Assembly (NCBI GenBank): GCA_020718085.1 | Contig: DYDB01000003.1 | Location: 61,569 to 125,568 of the forward strand | From: Micavibrio sp. | GTDB lineage: Bacteria > Patescibacteriota > Minisyncoccia > Moranbacterales > GCA-2747515 | DNA: 64,000 bases | Reading direction: 5' to 3' | Part shown: positions 28,535 through 39,259 of the stretch, piece by piece | Numbering within the stretch: the first letter of the stretch is position 1 | Layout: each line of letters begins with the position of its first letter | Position numbers and translations under genes: made by a program | Notes under the pieces: generated by a model | What the model saw: only the letters and a program-made list of their open reading frames with translations | Database searches by the model: none | What the model was told of the DNA's origin: nothing

Positions 28535-29647
28535 TCACACGCGACGCAGATCTTCCATGAGTCGCATAAAGTAGCGCAGATTGTGCAACGCTGCCATTTG
28601 TGCACCCAATGGCTCTTTTACACGAAAAAGATGTTGAATATATGCACGCGTATATGTGGTACACGTATAACAGTCACATGTTGGATCGATCGGTGTGAAG
28701 TCCTCTCGATACTGTGCATTGCCGATATTGATTGTGGAATAAAATGTATTTCCACTTTTTACGCCATCTTCCCATATAAAAAGTCGACCATGTCGTCCTT
28801 CTCGTGTTGGAATGACACAGTCAAACATATCCCATCCCACATTGTGACACCGTACGATATCTTCAGGCGTACCAATGCCGAGTGCAAAACGCGGAGCGCC
28901 CTCTGGAATATACGATGCCGTTTTTGCGATCATTTCTTCCATAAAATTACCCTCCATATCCACATGTCGTCCACCAAAACTATACCCATCGCAACCAACC
29001 GCAATAAGCCCTTCGGCACACTCTTGTCGCAAATCAAAAAATGGTCCGCCCTGCACTACACCAAAAAGCAATGGGCGCGTCGCATCTGTCAATCCGCGTG
29101 CAACAATTTGACGGTCAAATTCATCTCTGCATCGCTGTGCCCACCGCACAGTACGTCTCACAGCAGCAGCAAAAACATCTTGCGAAGAATTATTGGGACG
29201 CGGATCATCAAGTAATACCATCATATCCACACCAAGATCAAATTGGATCTGTATCGCTTTTTCCGGTGTAAGCAAATGTCGTGAACCATCCAAAACACTT
29301 TTGAATATTGCCCCTTCCTCTGTAATTTCTCCCATTTTCGCATTTTTATGGATCAGTGAATATACCTGATATCCGCCACTATCAGAAAGCAGGGGTCCGT
29401 CCCACTGCATAAATGCATGCACACCACCGACTTTTTGCATAAAGTCCATACCCGGCTGCAAGTATAAATGATATGTATTTACCACCATCGGTAAAACACC
29501 GACGGTTTTTAGTTGTTCCACGGTCAATCCGCGCACACTGGCACGTGTTGCATCGGGCATGAAAAAGGGTGTTGGGAGATCACCCTTGCACGTATGTAAA
29601 ATTCCTGTTCGTGATAAATTATTTTTTTGTACGATATCGAAAATCAT
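28535..29647 (-). CDS. tgt: Queuine tRNA-ribosyltransferase
   Basis: LHTCKGDLPTPFFMPDATRASVRGL at the N-terminus; zinc site CDCYTCTTYTRAYIQHL. Confidence 0.9.
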   Translation of the reverse strand: MIFDIVQKNNLSRTGILHTCKGDLPTPFFMPDATRASVRGLTVEQLKTVGVLPMVVNTYHLYLQPGMDFMQKVGGVHAFMQWDGPLLSDSGGYQVYSLIHKNAKMGEITEEGAIFKSVLDGSRHLLTPEKAIQIQFDLGVDMMVLLDDPRPNNSSQDVFAAAVRRTVRWAQRCRDEFDRQIVARGLTDATRPLLFGVVQGGPFFDLRQECAEGLIAVGCDGYSFGGRHVDMEGNFMEEMIAKTASYIPEGAPRFALGIGTPEDIVRCHNVGWDMFDCVIPTREGRHGRLFIWEDGVKSGNTFYSTINIGNAQYREDFTPIDPTCDCYTCTTYTRAYIQHLFRVKEPLGAQMAALHNLRYFMRLMEDLRRV

Positions 29648-29689
29648 GCGCTTATTGCCTCGTAAATTCAGTTATATTACACTACCACA

Positions 29690-30979
29690 TTAAAACACCA
29701 GAACGTCTGGGGAAAAGATCATCAATACACCGATCACAAGCATCAGCACACCACCAATAATTGTGGAAATATGAGAATATTTTGCACCTACGAGATGAAA
29801 CCGTTGATATCCTGCAATTGCCAATCCAAAGACCAAAAAGTCATCAACCATATAAAAGAGCGTGTACACAAACACATACCATTGTTGTCCAAAGAAGCCC
29901 AGTTGATTAATTTCAATAATTTTTGTAAACGACTGCGCAATGCCCACAGAACAGGCAAATTCAATGATATTCACAGAAAATGCAATGCCCAAAACAGAAA
30001 AGATCGTGATGATCGTCATTGGCTTGCTCACCGCATCCCTAATCTTCTGTGTGGTCTTTTGTTGATGTTCAAAACTTGTTACATCGCAGGTTAATTTTCC
30101 TTTGTTTTTATACGCCTTATGCAAAAAATAGACGCCACCACCTATGGCCAAAAGACCTACTGCGGGTGTAACCCATTGATCAAGCTGAATGAAATCCCAT
30201 GTCTGGTACCACGCATTTAAAATGAAAAAATACATCATTGCCTCCGCCAGAATGAATATACCGGCCAAAGAGATCATTTTTTTCTTATCACCAACTTGCG
30301 ACAAAATAATAAGAAAGGTCAAAAGCACCCACATGGCGCAAGGGTTAAATCCATCAATAAATCCAAGAATCGATGCCATAAGAAATAGAGATGTTTCCTT
30401 TACATTGATCTCACCAAAAAAAGGTAGCGTCATCATGTTATCTTGGTTTTTTATATCGTTTTTGGCATCCAATGAGCATGATGAACTGCTGTCCACTTGG
30501 CAAAACGATTCTTCATTTTCTTTTACTTCTGCACTCACATTATTGTCGAGGTATTGCAAAACGTCATACTGGGCATGATCATTTTGGTGTTCAAAGATCT
30601 TTTGACTCGTTGTTTTTTCGCTAAAACCAACCAATACATCACCGCCTACAAGTGTGATTGGCGTAACTTTTGACAGTTGATGTTTTTCTACCAAGTCTTC
30701 CCATAATTTTTTGTTTTGTGATTCACCAATATCCAAAAGCGTTACCACAAAATGTTCTTGAATGGTAGGATCACTCTCCAAAAACTCCTCCTGACTTTTA
30801 CACGCACTGCAACCCTCTCGCACAAAAACGAACATCGCTGTTTTCGATTGGGGATCATTTTGCGTATATACATTGATATCTGAGCTGATCGTTGGCTGTT
30901 GAACGACTGAGTCTTGCGCATAAACAAGAATTGCCGGCAAAAAAAACACCAAACAAAACAACAAGAGTTTTTTGTACAT
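29690..30979 (-). CDS. Thiol-disulfide oxidoreductase-like membrane protein: N-terminal glutaredoxin/thioredoxin-fold domain fused to a DsbD/CcdA-like multi-TM domain
   Basis: Signal peptide, then REGCSACKSQ (CxxC in a Trx-like fold), then ~6 TM helices with Cys in TM segments (FNPCAMWVLL, EFACSVGI). Confidence 0.55.
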   Translation of the reverse strand: MYKKLLLFCLVFFLPAILVYAQDSVVQQPTISSDINVYTQNDPQSKTAMFVFVREGCSACKSQEEFLESDPTIQEHFVVTLLDIGESQNKKLWEDLVEKHQLSKVTPITLVGGDVLVGFSEKTTSQKIFEHQNDHAQYDVLQYLDNNVSAEVKENEESFCQVDSSSSCSLDAKNDIKNQDNMMTLPFFGEINVKETSLFLMASILGFIDGFNPCAMWVLLTFLIILSQVGDKKKMISLAGIFILAEAMMYFFILNAWYQTWDFIQLDQWVTPAVGLLAIGGGVYFLHKAYKNKGKLTCDVTSFEHQQKTTQKIRDAVSKPMTIITIFSVLGIAFSVNIIEFACSVGIAQSFTKIIEINQLGFFGQQWYVFVYTLFYMVDDFLVFGLAIAGYQRFHLVGAKYSHISTIIGGVLMLVIGVLMIFSPDVLVF

Positions 30980-31010
30980 AATTAATGCATTTTTTATTTA
31001 CATTTTTTGA

Positions 31011-31877
31011 TCACGAAAAATTCGCAAACAATTGAATCTTTTTATACACCAAATCATAGACGCTTTTGCGCGCCTTGTCCATATACTTATACGGCGCAAC
31101 AGTAGCATCTTCTTTCAATCCCTTTTCCAAACCTTCACGAAATGCCACTCTCACTTCTGTATTTACATGTACAACCGAAATGCCTGCACGAATACCTCCG
31201 CGAATATCCTCATCACCAATGCCAGATCCTCCATGCAAAACCAAGTGACAGTCGGCTGTTTCAGCGATATCTTTAACACGTTTCACGTCAATGTGCGGAT
31301 TACCCGATGTGACAATACCATGGATATTCCCCACTGATGGCGCAAAAAGATCCACACCTGTCATTTCCACAAATCGTCCCGCCACATCAGGAGGTGTCAT
31401 ATCAGCACCGGCCCCATCTGGAATAGTATCAAGAACTGTAGATGATGTGCCTATATATCCCAATTCTGCCTCTACCAAAACCGTTCGACCTTCTTTTTTC
31501 TTAACGTCTTTTGCATATGCTACACATTTTTTTGTCAATGCAACGTTTTCATCAAAAAGTAATTGCGATCCATCGATCATCACACTGTCAAACCCCAGAT
31601 CAATTGCTTTTTTCACACCTTCAAAATCATGTGTATGATCTGCATTGATAAAAATTGGATAATCAAATTCATTACGCAAGCTTTGTACCAACGATGCTGC
31701 CTGACGCACGCCGATAAAATTTCGTTCACCTTCTGATACGCCGATAATTACTGGCTGCCCTAATGCCCGCGCAGCATCAAAGATCGCCCACAATGTCTCG
31801 ACGTTGGAAATATTAAAATGTCCGATTGCGATCTTTGCTTCCCGCGCTTTTTTAAGATGATCTTTGAGATTACACAT
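31011..31877 (-). CDS. fba: Class II fructose-bisphosphate aldolase
   Basis: GHFNISNVETLWAIFDAA...FINADHTHDF...LHGGSGI: Zn-binding His and the class II FBA/TBP aldolase family pattern. Confidence 0.85.
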   Translation of the reverse strand: MCNLKDHLKKAREAKIAIGHFNISNVETLWAIFDAARALGQPVIIGVSEGERNFIGVRQAASLVQSLRNEFDYPIFINADHTHDFEGVKKAIDLGFDSVMIDGSQLLFDENVALTKKCVAYAKDVKKKEGRTVLVEAELGYIGTSSTVLDTIPDGAGADMTPPDVAGRFVEMTGVDLFAPSVGNIHGIVTSGNPHIDVKRVKDIAETADCHLVLHGGSGIGDEDIRGGIRAGISVVHVNTEVRVAFREGLEKGLKEDATVAPYKYMDKARKSVYDLVYKKIQLFANFS

Positions 31878-31880
31878 ATG

Positions 31881-32456
31881 CTACTTTTTCTTATTTTTTA
31901 ATTTTTTTGTTTCTTTTTCGTGTTTTTTGACATATTGACAGAACTTCCATTGTCGAATCCATCGCCACCACAAGTACAGCATGAGTGTAGCAAAGAGAAT
32001 GATGCCAAAAAAGATCATCCAAAGGTCAGTATTGATCGAAAAACGCACCAATGTGTTGATATAAATAAGGATGAGATATTGTACAAGAAGCATAACGACA
32101 CCAAGGTACCATGCATAGATCTTATACATTCGCTGCGATTGATAATGGGCAAATATTTGAAAAATGAACAAACCCAAGACAGCAATACTCGTCATAACGA
32201 TCGCATACGAGTTCATTTTGGTGAATGTATCAATGTCAGAATTGAATGCAACGATCGGAAACCATCCCCACACCTTTTCCACATGCCATTGCTGCACAAA
32301 AATAAAGGCAAACAGAAACGTAAAGAACAATCGAAAAACAAGAAGATATAATGATACAAAGAAGGTGTGATAAAACAATGCATCCCACGAAAAAAACATT
32401 GAGCATGTTCGATCGGCAAATTGTGTATTGATGTGCGTTGTATGCATTGTAGGCAT
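31881..32456 (-). CDS. Hypothetical polytopic membrane protein (191 aa)
   Basis: 4-5 TM helices and a Lys-rich C-terminus. Immediately upstream of fba, with a 3-bp gap. Confidence 0.45.
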   Translation of the reverse strand: MPTMHTTHINTQFADRTCSMFFSWDALFYHTFFVSLYLLVFRLFFTFLFAFIFVQQWHVEKVWGWFPIVAFNSDIDTFTKMNSYAIVMTSIAVLGLFIFQIFAHYQSQRMYKIYAWYLGVVMLLVQYLILIYINTLVRFSINTDLWMIFFGIILFATLMLYLWWRWIRQWKFCQYVKKHEKETKKLKNKKK

Positions 32457-32493
32457 GTATCATCGTATTATCCCCTACAATACACATTATACA

Positions 32494-35400
32494 TTATAGT
32501 CCACCAATCTCCAATTGCAGATCACGCGTAATGCGTGGCCCATTAGCACCGGAAATATTTGCTGTAAATGTAAGATCCATTGTTTCAAGTGATCCTGCCG
32601 TACGCGCATGTGTAAAATACATACTCACATCATGTCCGGCATCAAATGGCGAATCCGTTGCTGCCTCAACAGGAACTGATCCGGGAAACGGCGGAAAAAC
32701 AAATTGTGGATTTATTGTTTGTGTAAGATTTTCAAAAAGATCAACATTAGCCTGCGTAAACACACCTGCATTTGATATGCCATTATATGTCATGAATGCT
32801 CGTGAATTCACGAGATCAGGATCTGATGTGACCGCTTTTAGGACACGGTAACGTTCACTATTACCGCCTGTTGCGCCCAATACATTTATAGTTGGACCAT
32901 TTAACTGATCTTCCAAAAGTGTTGGAATATAATGACCAACGATGATCTCATTGATCCGTGGTGCAAAAACTTGATCACCTGTACGTAAAAATGTTCGCAC
33001 ACGCATACAACTGTGATCACTAAAACCATCTGGCAAGATCATTTGTTGTGTATTCGTGGTGTATGTCACATATGGCAATGAACTGTTCACTACCGTTGAA
33101 AGTGTTGTAATAGTAGGTGTTACATATGCACTATATGTTGCGCTCGCACAGTTTGGAACAGCATCCGCATAGGCAACTTCCACATCAATTTGATCAACAC
33201 CGTTTGAGGCACTACGAGAATTTAATATCTCATCCCAGATCACATCGCGCCAATAGGTGTGCTCTCCATACATCATTGCACTTGTATCAAATGTGTACTC
33301 AGCATATGCTTCAAAATCAAGTCCCGTGGTCGCACTGTCACGTCCTGATGGATAAAATAATCCTTGCTCCGCCACAGCATCCGGATCTTCAACGATCGGG
33401 CGAACTGCTGCACGCTTGCGCACCTGTGGCCACGTAAGCCAACTGGTTTCATCGGAGATCGTTGCGCTATAATGACGTTCTTGATATGCATAAACCGGCT
33501 GTGTACATTGCATGCGATAACTTGCTGCAAAAAGTGCCCCATCAGCAACATCTGTACCACCAATGATGATCCTGTTGGGATATGGATCTGCTTGCGCACC
33601 ACCGGTTTGTGGTGGAATATAGTTCATCGTTCCCGTTCCATCTGTCGTAACTTCAACCCCGGACGCATTATATACACGACATGTGACCGATGGATCTTTT
33701 GCCACAACGCTCATGTATTGTGCGGGACTTGGCAGCACATATTCCTCACTGAATTCCTTTTGCGATATGAACACGACCATTTCCGTACCGTCACCATCAT
33801 TGTAACTCGTTGCACCGATTGGCGCATCGGACACAATATGATATGCACGTGCCGTACCCTGTGCACCAGTGCCGGATTCCGTATAGACAAAGTTACCAGC
33901 AGCGTTAAGTGTCACGTTCGACGTTGTACCATCGCTGCGATAGAGCGTCACATTTGCCGTAGAACTTGCTGCAAGCACCAGCGTACCGCTTGCTACACCA
34001 TAAAGTTCATATCTGCCGGAGTCTTGCTCCAATGCAAGATCTGTCGGATACATGATAAATGAATTATTCGCTGAAGCCTGATGAAAACCTAGTATCGGTT
34101 GATCGGAGATAATACGAAATGCTCGCGCATTGACAATGTCCTGTGTGACCGTTGTCACGGAATCCGCATTAACTGCAACAGTTTGCAACGTGGTCCACCC
34201 TGCCGTGCTACTCTGCTGAATTTGCACGTTAGCAGCATCAAACGGCGCATAAAAACTAAATACATCCGTACCCGCATCAACGCGGTACACAAATTCCGTA
34301 CCAGCATATGAGATCGGGATCGCAGAATCTGTCGCATCACCTGCAAAACTGATCGATAGAGGACCTGTAACATCATAAGAATCAAATTGATCCACACCAA
34401 TCGCAAATGGAAGTGTGACCATTTCGCCCTCTTCGATCACACGTGTGGTCACACCATCACTCACGTCATTTCCGTCACGGAAAGAGATCACGACCATTTG
34501 CTGTACGGCACTCAATGAATCCACAATGTAATAATTAGCCTTCGGTTGTGCAGTGTGAAAAATGGCATTATAATCTCCAGTTGTTGCAAGTGGTGTACCA
34601 AGATATGTGATATTCACGCATTCAAGCTCCGGACTCATGGATACATCATCCGATTCAAAATCCACACGATACTGTACATATTGATTATCAGTTTGATTAC
34701 TGATCGATGAAATTGGATATGTAAGAGTGCTGTTTGTTTCTTCTGCATAATATGTGCTCGCCGTACCATTTGGTCCAACAAATGTTTCTCCACTACACAC
34801 ACTATCATTACAACTACGCACAGTAAATTTGAGACGATTTGCACCACGACGATATTGATCATATATTTCCGTGGAATTCATGATATTACTCCAAAAGGAC
34901 ACCTCATCCAAACGACCTTGATACCATCCATGTGAACCCGCAGAATCAAATATACGTCCGATACCATTGAAATATTGTGTCTTAATACCTGTCTCGGACG
35001 TTGCTGTGCCTTCCAAAACACCATCAACATATACCTGTACTACACCTGTTAGGTGATCGCGCGTCAAAGCCACATGATGCCATTGTCCATCATTGATCGC
35101 TGTTGTACTTTGAGCTCCTGCCGTATTTCCCGCCTGAATTGCAATATGACCAGCTGATGTAATATATCCCCAAAAGACGTCATTACCCGTTGACGCTTGT
35201 TCACATCCCGTAATACCAGGGGCCGTCCACGGTACATCGGTACCAACTTGCGTTGTGTTCATCCAAAAGGCCACACTTCCTGTGCCACCAATGACAGTGC
35301 TTAGATCTTGTCCAAAATCTACAAAATCATCCACACCATCAAAACCGAGAGATGTGTTGAATCGTCCAGTTTGTCCCCACAGTGCACCATTATACGTACC

Positions 35401-38400
35401 ATCATTTGTCACGCCAGATCCATTATCAATGGTGCCACTCGCCTCATTAAGATGTACCAAGAAGGTATTTGTGCTCATGTCCACATTACCATCACCATAA
35501 TCCACCTCTTCTCCCAAATTATTTGGCAATTCTTTGAATGTTGGGTAATTGGAGATCCATGTCAGATCAATCCATTGCGCCAAAAGACCCGCATCAAAAA
35601 CCTCTGATGTGTATTGCCCTGTGCCAGCAGTAAGTCCTGCACTTGTCAGTTCCGTCCAATTATTTGAACCATCCCACACTGTTTCAGAATATGTGCCATT
35701 ATTAAATTCCGTTTCATTGCACGTTTGCAGTGTCAATACTGGTTGATAGTAGACATAAATCGTCGTTGTTGTACTCGCAGCTATCGTTGGCACTTTAGCC
35801 CACAAAGACCCTGCTGATGTTACGCCGTTATACTCTTCCAAAGCATAAGGGATATTATCCGTACCATCACCCACGCTACCTGCCACACGAATATCACCAC
35901 CATCAGACTGCGCACCGGAAAAAATCGCCGTAAGTTCTGTACCCATCAAGCGGATCTGATAATCCGTCAGCGCAGTTGCAGATGCATTTGTGATCGTTAC
36001 AGGTACACGTCGTGACCACTGTTGTGTAATGCCGTCAATATTCCAAGAGCCTGATTGCACCGTACCGATACTTTGTGATACACCATATTGAAACTGTCGA
36101 TTTTGTTTCTCATTGAGAATGTTATGTTCATCATTTTGTACAGAATATTCATAGTAAGCGGCAATAGGATGGTCTGCCACAACACATGCCCCGGCAGCAA
36201 TATTTGCCCCATCAGTTGTCGAACCAAAATACACTTTACCAGGATAATTTCCTGTGCCCGTCACTGTTTGTGTCACACTCGGTGCACCCACACCACACTG
36301 TGTACCATTATTATACAAATCGACTTTTGTTGTTATACCAGCACGCGTTGCCACTGCAAAATATTGCATGCTTTGTGGAATATAATACCGATACCCCATT
36401 TCATTGACCGGTAAAAATGTTTGCATTTCCGCACCATCCGTATCGTTGTTACCATTTACGCCGATTGGATAATTTGATACCGCGCGCATCGCGAACTCTG
36501 AACCTTCTGTACCAGCCACAGTTACATATTGATTGGCTCCACGATTTAAATTGTACGTTGCCGTTGTGTTATTGCTATAATACACCGTCACTGTCGTGCC
36601 ATTCGTCATTGCTGCGATCTCCAAATTACCGGATGGTACACCATACCATTCCGTTGCAGCAGGAATAAGCGGCATGCTAGCTTCACTGGCAGTTGAATGA
36701 TGTGTTGCCATGATCGGGCAACCATTTGTCACTTCTACGATCACTGCACTGTCATTGGCAATACCAGTTGCAGCAACATTCGTTGTCGTCAGATTGTAAA
36801 ACGATCCCTGCGCAACTGTGAATGTGCCTCCTGTCACAATTGCATTGTTTTCATTGCGCACCTCCACATTTGCACTACAGTATGGTGAAATAAAGGAGAA
36901 TGCATTTGTATACAGATCCATGCGATACACAAAACTCGTTCCTGCAAAAGCAACCGGCACAAGCGTGTCTGTACCATTTGCATTAAATTCTCCATTGATC
37001 GGATCTGTTGAACTGATTGCTGTTGTTTGGGAAAAAGTCGGTGCCGTACCGGTCGGATATGTGGCATTGCCATATTGTGCAAGCGTGTTGTCATATGTGC
37101 CCACATTCACTTCATTGCCACTGCTATAACTTGAGAATGTTGATGCAGTTCCTTCAGCTGTGTTTGCCGTAACATAATAGATCTTTGCTTGTGTGTCATA
37201 TGTAAATGCATCTTCACGCGATGATACACCTGACACATCTGCATTACCATAATACATACACACTTCTTCCGTTGTGCCAGCATCAATATCATCCATCTTG
37301 AGCCAAATACGCGTGGATGCTGTGTTCATATCATCCGCGATGAAATATGGCAATACATTGCCATCAGAGTCTACAAAACGGATATCATCTCCATCTGCCT
37401 GCATTTTTCCTGCTGTGACGAGAGATGCCGTATCAATATCAAAATAGATCTGATACTCAGTCTGGTCCTCTGCACCCGCAGCTGTGTGATCCAGATCAAA
37501 ACATTTGCGACTGTTCCACACCTCATCCTCCACATTGTTGATCGTTGTACACAAAAGTTCCGGACTAAGAGTCGCGCTGCTTGTGTCAAATGTTGTTTGA
37601 TATTGGAAATATCGATTATCAGAAACACCGCTCAAGGTAAGATTTGGCAAACCAAAACTCATATTCAATTCCTCCGTATAATAAGCACTCGTCGATCCGC
37701 CGGGGCCCGCGAAAGACTCTCCGCTGCACGCACTATCATCACAACTACGCACTTGAAAACGCAAGCGATTTGCACCACGACGGTAGAGATCATTAATTTC
37801 CTCAGAAGAAAGAGTGCGATTCCAAAGTGCAGCCTCATCCATACGACCATTTATATTCTCTCCGCTGCCCCCGCTGCCACCAATGTGTAACGCATTAGTG
37901 TTCACTGTGCCAAGATATTGTGATGCTTCCTCTACAATCATTTGTCCATTTACATACAAACGCTCATATGTACCGTCCGCTGTATATGCCAAATGATACC
38001 ACTGGCCCGCTGCCAGAACAGCAGATCCGGAATTTATTGTGTTGTAATTATAAAGAATGCCATTATTTTGTTCGAAATAGAGATCATTTGTTGATCCAGT
38101 TGTCGTGTTCTTATGGAAAAAACTTTGCCATCCGCTCACGCTATCAAAATATACCCAAATTGACGCTGAAACAGCTGTTGGAAGCGATAAACTACTATCA
38201 TCAGCAATAAGTATTTCATCATTTGTGCCGTCAAAATCAATTCCTGTAGAGAATCGTCCGGCAGCACTATAGCCTGTGCCATTATATGTGCCATTATTTC
38301 CCTGTCCAGATGTATCTGCGATCGTCCCGGATGATTCATTCATATGCATCATGAGCACATTGCCACTCATGTTCACATTGCCGTCATTATATGCAGTCTC

Positions 38401-39219
38401 TACCCCAACGTTATCAGGCAGCTGTTTAAACGTTGGTGTCTGAGAAGACCACTGTAAAGTTGTCCATGGGATATTGCTCCCAGCATCTAATACATCTGAC
38501 GTATACGTACCGGTGCCCGCAGTGAGTCCAGCACTTGTCAACTCTACCCAATTATTTGTACCATCCCATTGCGTGTTACTGTATGATCCATCATTAAATT
38601 CATCTGCCGAACAAACCTGCAATCCGCTACCATCTACTCCCCACCAATCATTTTGTGTTGTGTCTGGCGGAATTGCTCCATAATGACCCAATGTCAAATA
38701 ATCATCAGCCACATCAAAAGCCTCCAGATCTGATTCCCCTGTTTCAAAATGCCCACTTGAATATGTACCACCGTCAAATTCCGTTTTTGAATCAATATCT
38801 CCCTCAGATCGTGTCTCGTATTTTAAAAGTTGTATACCTTCACTCACCACGTTTTCACTTTCTGTAAAATTTTGTAAACGCACTTCCGCCTCAATAAACT
38901 GTAATCCATAATATTGTGACGTAATGATCGTAAGAATGAGAAAACTAATGGCAAATGTTGCTGCAACACCACGGTATGCACGTGGCAATTTCATATGTGA
39001 GAAAATAACACTGTAATCAAAACTCTCCTTGTTTTTTTGCGTTTTTTCTACACCTATATAGTTATATTTAAGCATGTGCTGTACACGCCACCATGCAGTC
39101 CTCTTTGCATAAAATCGATAGACATTTCTCTCAATATACCGCAAAAAACCAAAAAAACCCCCAGGCTTGCGCTCGGTAGCTTTTATGTTATATGTAGTTG
39201 ATTTATTTTTGCGGGGCAT
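32494..39219 (-). CDS. Giant (2241 aa) cell-surface protein with tandemly duplicated LamG (concanavalin A-like) and DUF2341 modules
   Basis: Short cytoplasmic N-terminus, one TM (VAATFAISFLILTIITSQYY), then two ~700-aa paralogous blocks. Each block contains FN(D/N)G(S/T)YS...W(D)G(T/S)NNW(V/T)ELTSAGLTAGTG, a LamG core ending G(R)MDEAALWNRTLSSEEINDLYRRGANRLRFQVRSCDDSACSGE (repeated as ...LDEVSFWSNIMNSTEIYDQYRRGANRLKFTVRSCNDSVCSGE), and a DUF2341-like DIRFVDSDGNVLPYFIADD...MYYGN. Confidence 0.8.
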   Translation of the reverse strand: MPRKNKSTTYNIKATERKPGGFFGFLRYIERNVYRFYAKRTAWWRVQHMLKYNYIGVEKTQKNKESFDYSVIFSHMKLPRAYRGVAATFAISFLILTIITSQYYGLQFIEAEVRLQNFTESENVVSEGIQLLKYETRSEGDIDSKTEFDGGTYSSGHFETGESDLEAFDVADDYLTLGHYGAIPPDTTQNDWWGVDGSGLQVCSADEFNDGSYSNTQWDGTNNWVELTSAGLTAGTGTYTSDVLDAGSNIPWTTLQWSSQTPTFKQLPDNVGVETAYNDGNVNMSGNVLMMHMNESSGTIADTSGQGNNGTYNGTGYSAAGRFSTGIDFDGTNDEILIADDSSLSLPTAVSASIWVYFDSVSGWQSFFHKNTTTGSTNDLYFEQNNGILYNYNTINSGSAVLAAGQWYHLAYTADGTYERLYVNGQMIVEEASQYLGTVNTNALHIGGSGGSGENINGRMDEAALWNRTLSSEEINDLYRRGANRLRFQVRSCDDSACSGESFAGPGGSTSAYYTEELNMSFGLPNLTLSGVSDNRYFQYQTTFDTSSATLSPELLCTTINNVEDEVWNSRKCFDLDHTAAGAEDQTEYQIYFDIDTASLVTAGKMQADGDDIRFVDSDGNVLPYFIADDMNTASTRIWLKMDDIDAGTTEEVCMYYGNADVSGVSSREDAFTYDTQAKIYYVTANTAEGTASTFSSYSSGNEVNVGTYDNTLAQYGNATYPTGTAPTFSQTTAISSTDPINGEFNANGTDTLVPVAFAGTSFVYRMDLYTNAFSFISPYCSANVEVRNENNAIVTGGTFTVAQGSFYNLTTTNVAATGIANDSAVIVEVTNGCPIMATHHSTASEASMPLIPAATEWYGVPSGNLEIAAMTNGTTVTVYYSNNTTATYNLNRGANQYVTVAGTEGSEFAMRAVSNYPIGVNGNNDTDGAEMQTFLPVNEMGYRYYIPQSMQYFAVATRAGITTKVDLYNNGTQCGVGAPSVTQTVTGTGNYPGKVYFGSTTDGANIAAGACVVADHPIAAYYEYSVQNDEHNILNEKQNRQFQYGVSQSIGTVQSGSWNIDGITQQWSRRVPVTITNASATALTDYQIRLMGTELTAIFSGAQSDGGDIRVAGSVGDGTDNIPYALEEYNGVTSAGSLWAKVPTIAASTTTTIYVYYQPVLTLQTCNETEFNNGTYSETVWDGSNNWTELTSAGLTAGTGQYTSEVFDAGLLAQWIDLTWISNYPTFKELPNNLGEEVDYGDGNVDMSTNTFLVHLNEASGTIDNGSGVTNDGTYNGALWGQTGRFNTSLGFDGVDDFVDFGQDLSTVIGGTGSVAFWMNTTQVGTDVPWTAPGITGCEQASTGNDVFWGYITSAGHIAIQAGNTAGAQSTTAINDGQWHHVALTRDHLTGVVQVYVDGVLEGTATSETGIKTQYFNGIGRIFDSAGSHGWYQGRLDEVSFWSNIMNSTEIYDQYRRGANRLKFTVRSCNDSVCSGETFVGPNGTASTYYAEETNSTLTYPISSISNQTDNQYVQYRVDFESDDVSMSPELECVNITYLGTPLATTGDYNAIFHTAQPKANYYIVDSLSAVQQMVVISFRDGNDVSDGVTTRVIEEGEMVTLPFAIGVDQFDSYDVTGPLSISFAGDATDSAIPISYAGTEFVYRVDAGTDVFSFYAPFDAANVQIQQSSTAGWTTLQTVAVNADSVTTVTQDIVNARAFRIISDQPILGFHQASANNSFIMYPTDLALEQDSGRYELYGVASGTLVLAASSTANVTLYRSDGTTSNVTLNAAGNFVYTESGTGAQGTARAYHIVSDAPIGATSYNDGDGTEMVVFISQKEFSEEYVLPSPAQYMSVVAKDPSVTCRVYNASGVEVTTDGTGTMNYIPPQTGGAQADPYPNRIIIGGTDVADGALFAASYRMQCTQPVYAYQERHYSATISDETSWLTWPQVRKRAAVRPIVEDPDAVAEQGLFYPSGRDSATTGLDFEAYAEYTFDTSAMMYGEHTYWRDVIWDEILNSRSASNGVDQIDVEVAYADAVPNCASATYSAYVTPTITTLSTVVNSSLPYVTYTTNTQQMILPDGFSDHSCMRVRTFLRTGDQVFAPRINEIIVGHYIPTLLEDQLNGPTINVLGATGGNSERYRVLKAVTSDPDLVNSRAFMTYNGISNAGVFTQANVDLFENLTQTINPQFVFPPFPGSVPVEAATDSPFDAGHDVSMYFTHARTAGSLETMDLTFTANISGANGPRITRDLQLEIGGL

Positions 39220-39259
39220 CGCTTTTTATAATGTATTTTTATATATGGGGTTTGTGCGT

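Noticed and set aside
32531-38867. Numerous 60-230 aa ORFs on the plus strand inside the giant gene (e.g. 33364..34062, 37486..37890)
   Set aside because: They overlap a continuous 6.7 kb minus-strand ORF with clear domain content, and their Cys/His/Arg-rich, low-complexity translations are typical antisense artefacts.
32494-39219. Long internal direct repeats, considered as a possible CRISPR array or mobile element
   Set aside because: The repeats are in-frame coding duplications of protein modules, with no short regular repeat-spacer periodicity.
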